This document shows, in pieces, positions 1 to 14,183 of a stretch of 64,000 nucleotides of DNA; position 1 is the stretch's first letter, and each line of letters begins with the position of its first letter. The position numbers and the translations under genes are program-made. This DNA is from Octopus vulgaris (Eukaryota), in the NCBI GenBank assembly GCA_951406725.2, contig OX597837.1, positions 7,564,001 through 7,628,000 on the forward strand, given 5' to 3'. A model generated the notes under the pieces. It did no database searches. It saw nothing but the letters and a program-made list of their open reading frames with translations, and was not told the DNA's origin.

Positions 1-85
1 TTCCCAGACCCCAATTGAACCATCCAACCCATACCAGCATGGAAAGTGGACATTAAAACAACGATGATGATGAGGATGACGATGA
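1..85 (+). mobile_element. RTE-LINE 3' end (family C), truncated by the window edge
   Basis: ccagaccccaattgaaccatccaacccataccagcatggaaagtggacattaaa followed by a (GAT)n tail, matching other family C copies. Confidence 0.75.
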
Positions 86-125
86 TATATATATTTATAG
101 ACACACACACACACACACTGATGAT

Positions 126-290
126 AAGCTTCCATACACAGTTTCTGTGCACGATATTCACTTAGAAAACATTGGTTGACCCAGGAGGACTATGGTGGGG
201 GGACATTTGCTCCAGGTGTCACATGGTGGGATTGAACCAGAGACACATGGCTTCAATGCAAACACTCTCTAAGCCACGCAGGCCATGCTT
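126..290 (-). mobile_element. Old, diverged SINE-A 5' half
   Basis: Diverged match to the reverse complement of the SINE-A head (gggattgaaccagagacacatgg...aagccacgcaggccatgc). Confidence 0.55.
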
Positions 291-359
291 ATGTCCATAA
301 TTATATAGAAGGGGAAAAAAAAATTATATCTACTGTTATCTGGAGGAGGGGTTGGGTGG

Positions 360-650
360 TGGAGGAGGAGGAGGAGGAGGAGGAAGGGGCACGAGGAGAG
401 GGAGGGGAGGGAGGAGATGAAGCGGAGGAGGAGGAGGAAAAGAAGAAGATGAAGAAGAAGGAGAAGAAGAAGCAGCAGCGAAGGAGAAGGACCATCATTA
501 TCTTCATCTCAGCACTGTGGCTGATTATTTCGGTTTCTATGGCAACCAGAAACAGACTGTCTGCCAACAGAGTCGATTCCAGAATGAAAGAAAGAAAGAA
601 AGAATGAAAGAAAGAAAGAAAACAAAGAAGAAAAAGGAAAAGAAAAAGAA
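360..650. repeat. Purine-rich (GAG)n/(GAA)n/(GAAA)n low-complexity tracts
   Basis: Directly visible simple repeats; they produce the spurious poly-E/K ORFs. Confidence 0.85.
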
Positions 651-797
651 AACCTTCACACCACCCACTGAACACCCACAAACCTTTCTGGATCCTACCA
701 CCACCACCACCACTACTACTACTAGCGCCACCATTACCATTATCTCACACTTCAAGACATTACCACTTTCCAAGAGGTTTCCTTCTTCCATCGCCAA

Positions 798-876
798 CTT
801 ATATATATATATATATACATACCATTATTATATATATATATATACCATCATATATATATATATATATATATATACC

Positions 877-928
<52 letters not shown>

Positions 929-1159
929 ATTAATGCGACCAACATCATTTAATTCCATCCATTCCGCCATCTTCATTGCAATGAGGTGTGTGTGTGTCTG
1001 TGTGTGATGTGGAGATCAATATATTTATATATACCCACTCATATTCATTTCTACACACACACATTTGTATTCACAGATCTACATAACATATACACAAATA
1101 TATGCATATACATACATACATGTATATAATATACATACACACACAAAAACACACACATA

Positions 1160-1191
<32 letters not shown>

Positions 1192-1525
1192 CATACACAC
1201 ACACACACTTATCTACATCTACATACATATGTATATACACATACATATATACAGATATACACAAACACATGTACACACACATATCTATAATATACACACA
1301 AACACACAGCTATAGCCACACATACACACCTACACACACACATATATACATAAATATACATACATACATATACGCACACACACAACTGCATATATACATA
1401 AATATATAGACATATAGAAATATACACATGCACATGCACACACACACATCTATAGCCACACACACCCATAAACACACACACACATATATACATATACACC
1501 TGTCTATAGCTACATACATATATGT
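798..1525. repeat. (TA)n and (CA/TACA)n microsatellite block
   Basis: Directly visible. Confidence 0.9.
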
Positions 1526-1923
1526 CATCATCATCATCTCTTAACGTCCGCTTTCCAATGCTGGCATGGGTTGGACAATTTGACTGAGGTCTGGCGAACC
1601 AGAAGGCTGCACCAGGCTCCCAATCTGATCTGGCAGATTTTATACAGCTGGATGCCCTTCCTAATGCCAAGCACTCCGAGAATGTAGTGGGGTGCCTTTA
1701 CATGGTGCTGGCACGAGGGCCAGTCAGGCAGTACTGGCAACGGCCACGCTCAAGTGGTGTTTTTTACCTGCCACCTGCTCAGGAGCCAGTCCAGCGGCTG
1801 GTAGCAAGTAATAAGCACCATTCAAGCATGGGTCGATGTCAGTGCCACCTGACTGACTCCCCATCTCGGTGGTACATAAAAAGCACACTTTCTGAATGTG
1901 GTCGATGCCAGTGCCACCTGACT
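1525..1923 (-). mobile_element. RTE-LINE 3' UTR copy (family C)
   Basis: (CAT)n then ttaacgtccgctttcc...gctggatgcccttcctaatgcc, the reverse complement of family C. Confidence 0.8.
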
Positions 1924-2243
1924 GGCGGAGGAATTGTTTTCAATTGTGTTTGCTTGTCTATCCATGGTCAAGATATCTCAAGAACAGCTGGATAGATTCG
2001 AATGAAACTTTCAGAGATGTTTGGCCTCATGATTGGCATGAACTGATTAGATTTTGAGATCAATCTGGTACCAGGCAAGGATTCTGGATTATTTTACCTG
2101 TCTTTTTACTTAATGTTTGAGAGAGGTCAGGTTCCTTTTTAGTATTCTCATTTGTGAGAGCAGTTGAGTTTATTTCAGATATTCTCATTTTAAAAATCAT
2201 CTCCAGTTAATCGTTGAGAGGTCTGCGCCCTTTGAGTGCTCTT
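1924..2243 (+). mobile_element. Probable non-autonomous Helentron-type (HINE-like) element
   Basis: ggcggagg..tgttttc start, gtttgcttgtct microsatellite remnant, gatagattcgaatgaaacttt motif, and a 3' gaggtct+gcgccctttgagtgc hairpin; layout recalled for HINE/DINE-like elements. Confidence 0.45.
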
Positions 2244-2854
2244 ATTATTATTATTATTATTATTATTATTAGTTCTTTAGTACTGTCTGGTATTACTATT
2301 GTTGGTTTCCCCTTCCTTTTTTATTCAATATTAAATCACCAAAACTTATTGCAGATAGTGCTTAACCCAAGATTATAGAACAGTCCAGCAGTGACCACCC
2401 TGCTATTTACTAATGAGGTTCCTTATATTTATTTATTTATTTATTTATTTTTAAAAATAGCAAAATGAGATTTCTGGGAATTCTTGGCTGCTTTTTGTAG
2501 CAGATTGAGTAACCATGCAAGATCCTTTTTATCAGCTCAAAACTATTTTATGTTCATGTATCTGTGCCTGTGCTATCCCTAGAGTTTTCAATAACCCTTT
2601 TCTTCAACCCTAGAGCTTTAGATAGATCCCCCACTCCTCTTTTGCAAGTTTTAGTCCAAGAAAGAAGGACAGAGTCCATGACCTGTGCCCCGCTGCCCTT
2701 CTAAGAGCGTCTGAAAAAGGACAGGTGCAGGAAAAGGGTTGTAGTCACCCTGAGGCTTGAGGCTGGACCTGAATGCTTACAACACAAGTGTACTCTGTTA
2801 GAAGTACACAATAAAAAACAAAGCAACAAATATTAATTTCCTTATTATCAACGT

Positions 2855-3298
2855 GGTAGGTGACTGGAATCCGTTGCTAGTGGAGTGCTAAGAGTACCAT
2901 ACGAGTGAGATCGTTGCCAGAGCAACAAGCTGGCCTTCATGCCAATGGCACGTTAAGCACACCATTCGAGCGTGATAGTTACCATGTCGCCTTACCAGTA
3001 CTTGTGCTGGTAGCATGTGAAATATTCAAGCGAGGTCATCGCTAGTGCTGCTGGACTGGCTCCTGTGCAGGTGGCATGTAAAAAGCACTATTTGGGCATG
3101 GCCATTGCCAGTACCACCAAACTGGCCCTCGTGCCGGTGGCACGTAAAAGCACTCACTACACTCTTGGAGTGGTTGGCGTTAGGAAGGGCATCCAGCTGT
3201 AGAAACTCTGCCAGATCAGATTGGAGTCTGGTTCGCCAGACTTCAGTCACATCGTCCAACCCATGCTAGCATGGAAAGCGGACGTTAAATGATGATGA

Positions 3299-3302
<4 letters not shown>
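2855..3302 (+). mobile_element. RTE-LINE 3' UTR copy (family C)
   Basis: ggagtggttggcgttaggaagggcatccagctgtagaaa...ccatgctagcatggaaagcggacgttaaat(gat)n. Confidence 0.8.
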
Positions 3303-3337
<35 letters not shown>

Positions 3338-3339
<2 letters not shown>

Positions 3340-3741
3340 CGCAGGAGTGGCTGTGTGGTAAGTAGCTTGTTTACCAATCACATGGTTCTGGGTTCAGTCC
3401 CACTGCGTAGCACCTTGGGCAAGTGTCTTCTTCTATAGCCTCGGGCCGACCAAAGCCTTGTGAGTGGATTTGGTTGACGGAAACGGAAAGAAGCCCGTCG
3501 TATATATGTATGTATATATATATGCGTGTGTGTGTATATGTTTGTGTCTGTGTTTGTCCCTCCAACATTGCTTGACAACCGATGCTGGAGAGTTTATGTC
3601 CCTGTTACTTAGCGGTTCGGCAAAAGAGACGGATAGAAGAAGTACTGGGCTTACAAAAGAATAAGTCCTGGGGTCGAGTTGCTCGATTAAAGGCGGTGCT
3701 CCAGCATGACCGCAGTCAAATGACTGAAACAAGTAAAAGAG
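3338..3741 (+). mobile_element. Full-length tRNA-derived SINE, family A
   Basis: A box TGGCTGTGTGG, B box GGTTCAGTCCC, CORE-like ccttgggcaagtg, internal (TG)n, tail ...gactgaaacaagtaaaagag; >20 copies in the window. Confidence 0.9.
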
Positions 3742-4267
3742 TGTATATATATATATATATATACACACATACATACATACATGCACACACGTGGGTGGGT
3801 GTCATCGTTATTAATTGCTATGAACCATAACTCCTAGTCTTACAACCCAATTTTGCTACTACTACCAACACAAGCATCTACTAAAACGACCATTCTTATT
3901 TCAAGACTGCTTCTAACCATCCAACACTTAAACATCCATTCATTCACCCATCTGTCTATCTATTTATCCATCTATTTAATCCTCAATTCATCTCTGTAGC
4001 CTTACACCTACCCCTCTCGTTAACCATTCATCCAACTATCTATCTATTTACCAATCCAACTGGATCTTTATCAATTTATCTATCCATCCATCCATTCATT
4101 CATTCATCTATCAATTTATCTATCTAGCTATCTTTGTATTTATCTATCTGCCTATCAATCAATGTATCTATCTATCTATCTATTTATCCATCCATCCATC
4201 CAGCCATCAATCTATCTATCTATCTATCCATCCATCTATCTGTCTGTCTATCTATCGATCTACACAT

Positions 4268-4539
4268 ACATAAATAGATAGGTATGTTTCTTCATTAGCC
4301 ACACAGGGCTGGACACAGATGGGACAAATTACAATGTAGAGCTTTTCTTTTTGGGGAGAAAAAAATAAGTGGGGTAGGTTTTCAATCAAAAGGGATCATA
4401 GAAAGGATCCCTTTTGATCGAAAACCTATCCCACTTTTCTTTTTTTTTCTCCCCAAAAAGAAAAGCTCTACTTCGTAATTTGTCCCATCTGCGTCCAACC
4501 CTGTGTGGCTAATAAAGAAACATATCTATCTATTTATGT
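4268..4539. repeat. About 130-bp-arm fold-back of a LINE-like 3' UTR unit
   Basis: Arms 4268-4397 and 4406-4539 are imperfect reverse complements around the 8-nt spacer atagaaag; the same unit occurs at 16250-16610 and 18960-19128. Confidence 0.85.
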
Positions 4540-5549
4540 CTGTGTCTGTATATCCATCTGTCTATCTATCTATCCATCCATCCATCCATCAACCTATCTA
4601 TTTATCCATCAATCAATCAATCTATCTATCTGTCCAGTCATAGATCCAGCTATCCATTCATTCACCCATCAAGCTCTGCAACCATTTATTCACAGCACCA
4701 GCAGAAGTACCTCAATTCAGTGCAGGACTCTCAATGATGTCACTCAAACTCTTTGAAACAATAACCAAATCTCCCACAAATCAAGGCCTACGGTACCCCT
4801 GTAAAGGGTACACAGAAGACTGGAGCAATCGTTATTACTGGAATATCACAGCTAACCTGAGACAAAACAACAACAACTATCATTATCTTACGATTAAACC
4901 AATCTATCAGTTCATTTATCATTTTATCTATATCAATCTATTTATCTTTCTATCTATCCATCTCTGTTTGTATGTCTGCATCTATCCATCAGCTATTCTA
5001 CTATCAATACCTCTCTGTCTATCTACCTATCTATCTATCTACTTATTTGTCTATGTGTATATCCATCCATCCATTAATCCCTCAATCTATTTCCAGATTC
5101 AAATAGTCTGTCTGTCCGTCCGTCCCTCTGTCCAACCATTTTCCTATCCCTTTAGACCACCACTAACATCAACACAACTACCAAAAACTTATCTCTCCAT
5201 CCCAAAAATACCACCAGCAACCCCCACCACCACCACCACCGGCACCACCACCACCACCACCATCCTCCAAAGTAAAACAACACCATCCATCGATCGATCC
5301 GTCAGTCAATGGATCCAGTCATCCATTCATCCAGCCAGCCATCCCAGAAGAGATGCTGCACAACCAACAACAGCAACAGCAACAACAACATCAGCAGGAC
5401 AATGCTGGGATGTTCTGATGTAGCAGCAAGAACACAATGGTAACAGAGGCTGCAGTTGCCATCCAGAATCCACAGACAGATTCTTGTGGATTCTGGCAGT
5501 CAGTGAGTCGTCTCCCCCTGTCTCCTCCCCTTCCTCATCTCTATTATTA

Positions 5550-6300
<751 letters not shown>

Positions 6301-6560
6301 GCAATTGTCTTAAAACAAGAATACGAACGTCTGAATCAGCACTCGGACGTGTGAGAGGTAGGTGGAAGGAACCGCGCTTGCGTGAGCGTGTGTGTGTGTG
6401 TGTGCACGTGTGTGTGTGTGTGTGTGTATAAAGTGGGAGGAGGCGTCGGCTACAGGAGGTGCTGGAAAAGACATGTTACTCACAGGATGCCTACACACAC
6501 ATCTTTATCTCTCCTTCTAATTCTTTTCATCTAATGCCATTAATATCTGCATATCTCTGC

Positions 6561-6591
<31 letters not shown>

Positions 6592-6795
6592 AGAACCGGC
6601 TTGTTCTGGTCACTTTGGGACAGAGAGGTTAACAATAACTGGCTGATAACATTAAGCAGAGTGTAATAGAATACTAAGTGTTTGAAACTCCACTAGTTTT
6701 GATAACTATAATTATTTCATTACATTATTTGTAAAAATATTAATTTCCACTGTGCGTGTGTGTGCACATGTGTGGGTATGTATATATGTATATGA

Positions 6796-6842
<47 letters not shown>

Positions 6843-6999
6843 TATATATATGTGTGTATGTGTGAATATACATATTCATAAAGATATAGATATGCTTGTA
6901 TGTGTATAGGCATTTATGTATGTGTTATATATACATATATATACACATATATACATGTGTGTGTGTGATGCATAGACACACATTTGCTTGTTAATCTAT

Positions 7000-7073
7000 G
7001 CATTTATTTCCCTATCTACTTATATATCTATCAAAATATCTATCTATCTATCCATCTATTGATCCGTCCATCC

Positions 7074-7163
<90 letters not shown>

Positions 7164-7240
7164 CTGGTCTGTCTATATCTATCTATCTCTGTCTATTTAT
7201 CTTTTCTTCTATCTATCTATCTATCTATCTATCTATTGTT
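7000..7240. repeat. (TCTA)n microsatellite
   Basis: Directly visible. Confidence 0.9.
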
Positions 7241-7546
7241 CTAAGTCAAAGTCAGGCTTGACTGCCAATTTGTATAATGATTTATCAGTCTGCCTGTCTG
7301 TCTATCTATCAATCTATAAGTAATCAATACATCTGTACATATATATATATCTATGTAGGTCTGTATATATATATATGTATGTATGTATGTGTGTATATAC
7401 ACATATGAGTGTGTATAAGCTAGTATCCACTAAACAAAATCTCTTTGTCTAACAACCTATCTCTGCATTTATCTGACTGTAAATGGATGGCATGAGAGAT
7501 AGAGAAATAGATAGATACATACATACACAGACATAGAGAGATATAG

Positions 7547-7581
<35 letters not shown>

Positions 7582-8140
7582 CAAATACATACAAAAGCAG
7601 ATAAACTGAGACAAACATCTATATTACTGTTAGTCAGGCTATCTAACTACCATTAAATGGTGAGCTGCTGTGTTACAGAAAGGCAATGAAAATCATGCAA
7701 GCATAGAAAAGCGGATGTAATGATGATGATGATGATGAGATGAGATCACACACACACACACACTCACACATACACGTGTGAGCGTGTGTATATATTTAAT
7801 AGTATTTTTCTGCCAGTTTGGTAAAACAGGCATATTACAGAGGAGACAATATATTTATCTCTATATCTGTTGTATGTATGTGTGTACAGACATGTAAGGT
7901 GAGTGGGGTGGCATGTAGCTGTGTGACTTGAGCCTGCACTGTTAACAGATCATGCACGGTGCACTATACATGCCCATCTGATTACTGCACTATCCAAGCA
8001 TGAAACTTGAAGTAGCTCATGTTCAATTCCTGTATTTCATTAAATTATGTATATATACGTATGCATGCGTGTGTGTCTGTGTATGTATGTGTGTGAGTAA
8101 TATATATATATGCACACAAAAACACACTAAACTATCAAAC

Positions 8141-8290
8141 AGAGCAAAGATCCTTTGGGATTTCATGATCCAATGTGATCGTGGAATCGGACAACAGAAA
8201 CCTGATATTGTACCAGTAGACAAGTGAGAGAAATTATGCTTGGTTATAGACATCGTGAGCCCCGAGGATGAGAGGATCATTGCTGAAGAA
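8141..8290 (+). pseudogene. Decayed restriction-like endonuclease (RLE) domain fragment of an R4/Dong-clade non-LTR retrotransposon
   Basis: Translates RAKILWDFMIQCDRGIGQQKPDIVPVDK*EKLCLVIDIVSPEDERIIAEE, matching the KILWDF..QTD....R.PDIV.VDK....C.IID.A.P.D pattern; contains an in-frame stop. Confidence 0.8.
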
Positions 8291-8310
8291 GTATATATAT
8301 ATATATATAT

Positions 8311-8518
8311 ACTCTTTTACTCTTATTTGTTTCAGTCATTTGACTGCGCCCATGCTGGAGCACCACCTTTAGTCGAGCAACTCAACCCCGGGACTTATTC
8401 TTTGTAAGACTAGAACTTATTCTATTGGTCTCTTTTGCCGAACTGCTAAGTTATGGGGACGTAAATACACCAGCATCGGTTGTCAAGCGATCTTGGGTGG
8501 GGACAAACACAGACACAC

Positions 8519-8573
<55 letters not shown>

Positions 8574-8752
8574 GATATATATATATATATATACACATAA
8601 ATACAGTTTCTGTCAACCAAATCCACTCACAAGGCTTTGGTCGGCCTGGGGCTATAGCAGAAAACACTTGCCCAAAGTGCTACTCAATGGGACTGAACCT
8701 GGAACCATGTGGTTGGTAAGCAAGCTACTTACCACACAGCCACTCCTATGCC
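8311..8752 (-). mobile_element. Full-length SINE-A
   Basis: Reverse complement of the 3338-3741 element. Confidence 0.9.
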
Positions 8753-9224
8753 TATATGTATATATATATATATACATATACATTTACGTACATACACAAT
8801 TATTTTGTGTCATACACAAGAATAGATATGCAAATATACACACACACATACACACACAATCACTTTGTGCAATATATACATATGAATAGATATATGTATG
8901 TGTGTGTGTGTATAAGTGTGTGTGTGTGTGTATAAGTGTGTGTGTGTGTGTGTGTGTGTGTGCATTATATGTAAATTCACATTTCCTATTTTAACAACAT
9001 TTTAAATTTCCTTCTTTATTTTTTTCCCCCCACTTGCCTTTTGCCATTTTCTTTTCTACACCTATCTCCACCACCTCACACTAACACCCCTCCCTCCCGC
9101 TATCTCTTTTACTCTCTCTATCTATCTATCTCTCTCTCTTACATCTGATGATACTCAATCCATTTACAATTGTTTTGTTTTTCTCACTCACTAACCTCCT
9201 GCTGTATAACTTGTTATACCTACA

Positions 9225-9347
9225 TACATACATACACACACATATGTATGCATGCATGTATACACACACACACAGATAAATAAATAGATAGATACATACA
9301 TACATACGTACATAAATAGATAGATAGATACATACATACATACATAC

Positions 9348-9399
<52 letters not shown>

Positions 9400-9550
9400 G
9401 CAGACAGACAAATAGATAAATAGATAGATAGATAGATAGATAGGCAGACAGACAAATAGATAAATAGATAGATAGATAGATAGACAGATAGATACATACA
9501 TACATACATACACAGATAGATAAATAGATAGATACATACATACATAGGCA
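9225..9550. repeat. (GATA)n/(CATA)n microsatellite
   Basis: Directly visible. Confidence 0.9.
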
Positions 9551-9922
9551 GCAAATGATAGTGTGTGTGTGTGTGTATATATATATCCATGCTAAAACAG
9601 GCATATGATGTTGATGATGATATATACATATAAATATGTATATGTTTTTTTTTTAATCACACATACGTGGCAGTGTCTACATGCTTCTATCTGCTAATGT
9701 ATATATGTGTATATATTATACACATTTATCATTGTATATGAAATAGAATAATGCAAACTTGATGCAAAAGGTTTCAGAGATTTTTTGGTAATATTTAATA
9801 TATTAAAAAAAAAATAAATAAATAGATAGATATTTCATACACTTTAAGTGTATCTAGAACATTTTTCATTTTTCATCAATTTTTAAAAAACTGGTGATGC
9901 CATACACACACACACACATGTA

Positions 9923-9966
<44 letters not shown>

Positions 9967-10323
9967 AATTAATACATATATATATGAACACACACACACA
10001 TATATATATGAATACATGTATATATATATATATATGAACACACACACACACACACATATATATACATATATGAATACATATATATACATATGAATACATA
10101 TATACATATACATATTTACAAATACATTCATATATACATGTATATTTATAAATACATACATACGCATACATATTTATAAATTCATAAATAGATACATACA
10201 TACATATAAATTCATAAATACATGCATACATACATACTTATTTATAAATATATACATACATATATACATATAAATTCACAAATACATACATACATAGATA
10301 TAAATTTATAGATACATACATAA

Positions 10324-10367
<44 letters not shown>

Positions 10368-10616
10368 ATGTATGTATATATGTATCCATATGATCATCCC
10401 GGTGGAGCCAGACATGTATATATATATAGCAAACTAGGAAAAATGCACTTTTAAAGTAGATTTGAAATAATTGGTAAAAATGATAATTAGAGTTTGGTAA
10501 AAATACCAACATTGAAACATTTTTGAGTTTGGGGGAAAGAGTATAAAAGAACATTCAGACTTAATGAGTAGCGAGTAGCTAGTTTTGTAAATCAGGCATA
10601 TATATATATATATATA

Positions 10617-11033
10617 CCCTTTACCCTTTTACTTGTTTCAGTCATTTGATTGTGGCCATGCTGGAGCACCGCCTTTAGTCCGAGCAAATCGACCCCGGGA
10701 CTTATTCTTTTGTAAGCCCAGTACTTATTCTATCGATATCTTATGCCGAGCCGCTAAGATACGGAGATGTAAACACACCAGCATCGGTTGTCAAGCGATG
10801 TTGGGGGGGGGGGACAAACACAGACACACAAACATATACACACACATGCATATATATATATACATATATACGACGGGCTTCTTTCAGTATCCGTCTACCA
10901 AATCCACTCACAAGGCTTTGGTTGGTCCGAGGCTATAGTAGAAGACATTTGGTCAAGGTGCCACGCAGTAGGACTGAACCCGGAACCATGTGGTTGGTAA
11001 ACAAGCTACTAACCACACAGCCACTCCTACACC
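10617..11033 (-). mobile_element. Full-length SINE-A
   Basis: Reverse complement of family A. Confidence 0.9.
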
Positions 11034-11210
11034 TATATATATATATATATATATAGAATTTGAGGGGTTAGTTCACAAGTGATTTAAACAAATAGGTATG
11101 CTGAGTAAGCGCTATAATTGGTCATCCGTCAAGTCCAAAGTTCACAGGTGAGGCTGGAGCTAGGGGTCTGTATTAGGCTTCTGTGTTAGCAGGTATGTAT
11201 TATGTTATGA

Positions 11211-11438
11211 GCGGCGAGCTGGCAGAACCGTTAGCACGCTGGGCAAAATGCGTAGCCATATTTCGTCTGCCGTTACGTTCTGAGTTCAAATTCCGCCGAG
11301 GTCAACTTTGCCTTTCACCCTTTCGGGGTCGATAAATTAAGTACCAGTTACGCACTGGGGTCGATGTAATCAACTTAATCCGTTTGTCTGTCCTTGTTTG
11401 TCCCCTCTGTGTTTAGCCCCTTGTGGGTAATAAAGAAA
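11211..11438 (+). mobile_element. tRNA-derived SINE, family B
   Basis: gcggcgagctggcagaa head, B box GAGTTCAAATTCC, central gcctttcaccctttcggggtcgataaattaagtaccag (resembles conserved metazoan SINE central domains), tail ...gtgggtaataaagaaa. Confidence 0.85.
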
Positions 11439-11535
11439 CACATATATATTATGTTAGGGAAAAAAGAACAACAAAAACCAAGGCAAGATGAGTATCTTAA
11501 GTCATATAGAATAATTTCATTAGGGTAGATTTGAA

Positions 11536-11610
11536 GTCTTACAGCTGTTTCTGGGGTATCCTAAGTGATAGGCAGCATGTCTGTACACTGGGTATCTTGT
11601 CATCAGAGAC
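11536..11610 (-). ncRNA. Type I hammerhead-like motif (degenerate stem II) in a Penelope-like fragment
   Basis: Minus strand: GTCT CTGATGA [long stem II with mismatches] GAAACAGCTGTA AGAC; stem I GTCT/AGAC, palindromic stem III ACAGCTGT, GUA site. Confidence 0.6.
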
Positions 11611-11714
11611 AAGGTGAGCATGTACGAAAGATCAGATAGGGAAATTCAGTTTATAAGGAATAAATTTGAAGAATAAAAATTGAAGTAGATAGAAGAATAC
11701 AAACGGGAGAATAA

Positions 11715-11761
<47 letters not shown>

Positions 11762-11765
<4 letters not shown>

Positions 11766-11948
11766 AGAATTCACAAAAAACATAAAAGACGAAGACAGGT
11801 GGTATAGACAACAAACTGATGTATTAGTATAAGGCTTGGGAAGTGAAAAAGTCTTTAACATTTCGAGCCTACGCTCTTCTACAGAAAGAATCACAGAAAG
11901 AAACAAGGAGAGAATAAAAGAATGTGTAGTCGTTAAGCGATCTATCGT
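11762..11948 (-). mobile_element. Short Penelope-like repeat (family E1) with a minimal hammerhead-like motif at 11852-11889
   Basis: Second copy at 21346-21522; minus strand TCTTT CTGTAGA A GAGC GTAG GCTC GAAATGTT AAAGA. Confidence 0.6.
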
Positions 11949-12281
11949 ATATATAGATATGTTTGTGTATAGATAAATATATATGTGTGTGAATGTGTGA
12001 ATATATATGTGTGTATATATTTCATATGTGTGGTTATGTAGATATATGTGTGTGAATATACGTGCTTACATGCATATAAATATATATATATATATATATA
12101 TACAAGAATGAACATACACACATGCATATATATAGAGATGAATAAACATTCATACTTAAATACATATATATGTATATACATAAGTATTTCTGAAGATATA
12201 TTATAATTTATGATGGCATAAAAAAAAATTGCAACAGAACGTATTTAATTCTGCTCATATTCATATATATATATATATATA

Positions 12282-12666
12282 CTAGCAGTATCGCCCGGCG
12301 TTGCTCAGGTTTGTAAGGGAAATAACTATAAAGCATTTTTAGAGAGTTATAGCCAAAAATTAGCCAAAAAATGGAAAAAAATGATGGTAAATTTTTTTTT
12401 GAGATTTAAAAAAGGTGGAGTTGCGTCCCCTAGACAGTTTGTGGTTCGTGTTTCTGATTCTCGACCCCATGTCGAATTTATCGATTTTTTTCAGAACAGG
12501 GGGAACTTTTCAAAATTTTCGCTGCGTTAGTTTTGAATTATGACATTGGGCTATGTGTGTGTCAAGTTTCATCAGAATCGGTTGAAAGATGTGGTCAGGG
12601 TGAGGGTACAAGCAAACAGACACACAGAAACACGCACAGACAAACTGCCGTTTATATATAGAGAGA
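12282..12666 (-). mobile_element. Non-autonomous Helitron
   Basis: Minus strand begins a|TC(tctctatatataaacggc), has a gtctgt microsatellite, and ends with the hairpin cctgagc-aac-gccggg then ctgCTAG|t; inserted between A and T with no TSD. Confidence 0.8.
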
Positions 12667-12668
12667 TA

Positions 12669-12702
<34 letters not shown>

Positions 12703-12741
12703 ATAAATCTCTGAGCGAGGTATAAACAGTAGCTGCACTAC

Positions 12742-12933
12742 ATCGTGAAGTATATTTGCCACTTAAATGTGGTTAACCCTTAAGGGTGGATTCCACTGTA
12801 ACTTGGAGCCCCAGGAGGGCACAGATTTTATGTCAATAGCCAGCTGGAGGAGGTGTCCTCCTGGGACTACAAACTATGGTAGCATCTACCCTTAAGGGTT
12901 AGCCACATCTAAGTGGCAAATATACTTCACAAT
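12742..12933. mobile_element. About 190-bp MITE-like fold-back element with about 50-bp TIRs
   Basis: gtgaagtatatttgccacttaaatgtggttaacccttaagggtgga / tctacccttaagggttagccacatctaagtggcaaatatacttcac, plus inner ccaggagggcac/gtgtcctcctgg. Confidence 0.7.
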
Positions 12934-13681
12934 ATATATGTATACACACACACACACATATATATACATACATACATACAGATGCATATATAATTGTGTA
13001 TACTTGAAAGCTTGTAGATATTGGAATGTTTTTCATAAATACCTAATCATATGTATTTACACACACACACACACACACATGCAAACACATTTTTCTGTTT
13101 AACTAGTTTTAAACAGTACCATATGTCCATGCTGGAGCACCACTGACAGGCAGTTCTGTGTCAATTATAACCAACCCACAGTGTTTTGCGTCAGTCAAAC
13201 CAACCCCAGCACTAACTTCCGTCTGGTAGTGCCTATTTCATCAAACCCTATTTGACAAACCGCTCAGTGACAAGTCACACATTACACTCAACACACCCCA
13301 ACATAAATCACACCAGATTTTAGCTCATAAACACACAAACCAACACAAACAAACACAGACACACACACCGTAGGGGTGTTAGTGAAAACGATGTGACCAG
13401 GAGGCTAGAATTGGTAGCATTTACCAATTCTAGCACAGACTGTCCACTCAGATGGGTTGAAAAATAAGCTCATTGTTGTGTATGAAATAGAAGAGAGGCA
13501 GAAAGTGGAGCGCAGATATAGATTCAGACAAGGTTTTGAGTGAGAACGGCTGGAACTAAGAGAATTAGACCAAGGGAGGTAACTATGCCATTACAATGAT
13601 TTTAATGCTGTCTCTGTTTCTAAGTTTTTTCTATTGTCTGAATGTGTGTGTGTGTGTATGTGTTAGTATATACTCATACTC

Positions 13682-13712
<31 letters not shown>

Positions 13713-13789
13713 GGTGCATGTGCACACATGAACAATTCAACATATACACACACACAGAGAAAATAATATATATGTATCCACATTTACAA

Positions 13790-14183
13790 AGGAGTGGCTG
13801 TGTGGTAAGTAGCTTGCTAACCAACCACATGGTTCCGGGTTCAGTCCCACTGCGTGGCATCTTGGGCAAGTGTCTTCTGCTATAGCCCCGGGCCGACCAA
13901 TGCTTGTGAGTGGATTTGGTAGATGGAAACTGAAAGAAGCCTGTCATATATATATATATGTGTGTGTGTATGTGTTTCTGTGTTTGTCCCCCTAGCATTG
14001 CTTGACAACCGATGCTGGTGTGTTTACGTCCCCATCACTTAGCGGTTTGGCAAAAGAGACCGATAGAATAAGTACTGGGCTTACAAAGAATAAGTCCTGG
14101 GGTCGATTTGCTCGACTAAAGGTGGTGCTCCAGCATGGCCACAGTCAAAGGACTGAAACAAGTAAAAGAGTAAAGAGAGAGAG
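13790..14183 (+). mobile_element. SINE-A
   Basis: Family A sequence. Confidence 0.9.

Noticed and set aside
3371-3830. Recurrent peptides such as DGLLSVSVNQIHSQGFGRPEAI and FQSFDCGHAGAPP
   Set aside because: Translations of multi-copy SINE-A, not a gene family
5351-5416. Poly-Q peptide MLHNQQQQQQQQHQQDNAGMF
   Set aside because: Very short, repeat-derived and without splice support
6327-6345. RE1/NRSE-like tcagcactcggacg
   Set aside because: Wrong spacing, incomplete right half, and REST is not expected in this lineage
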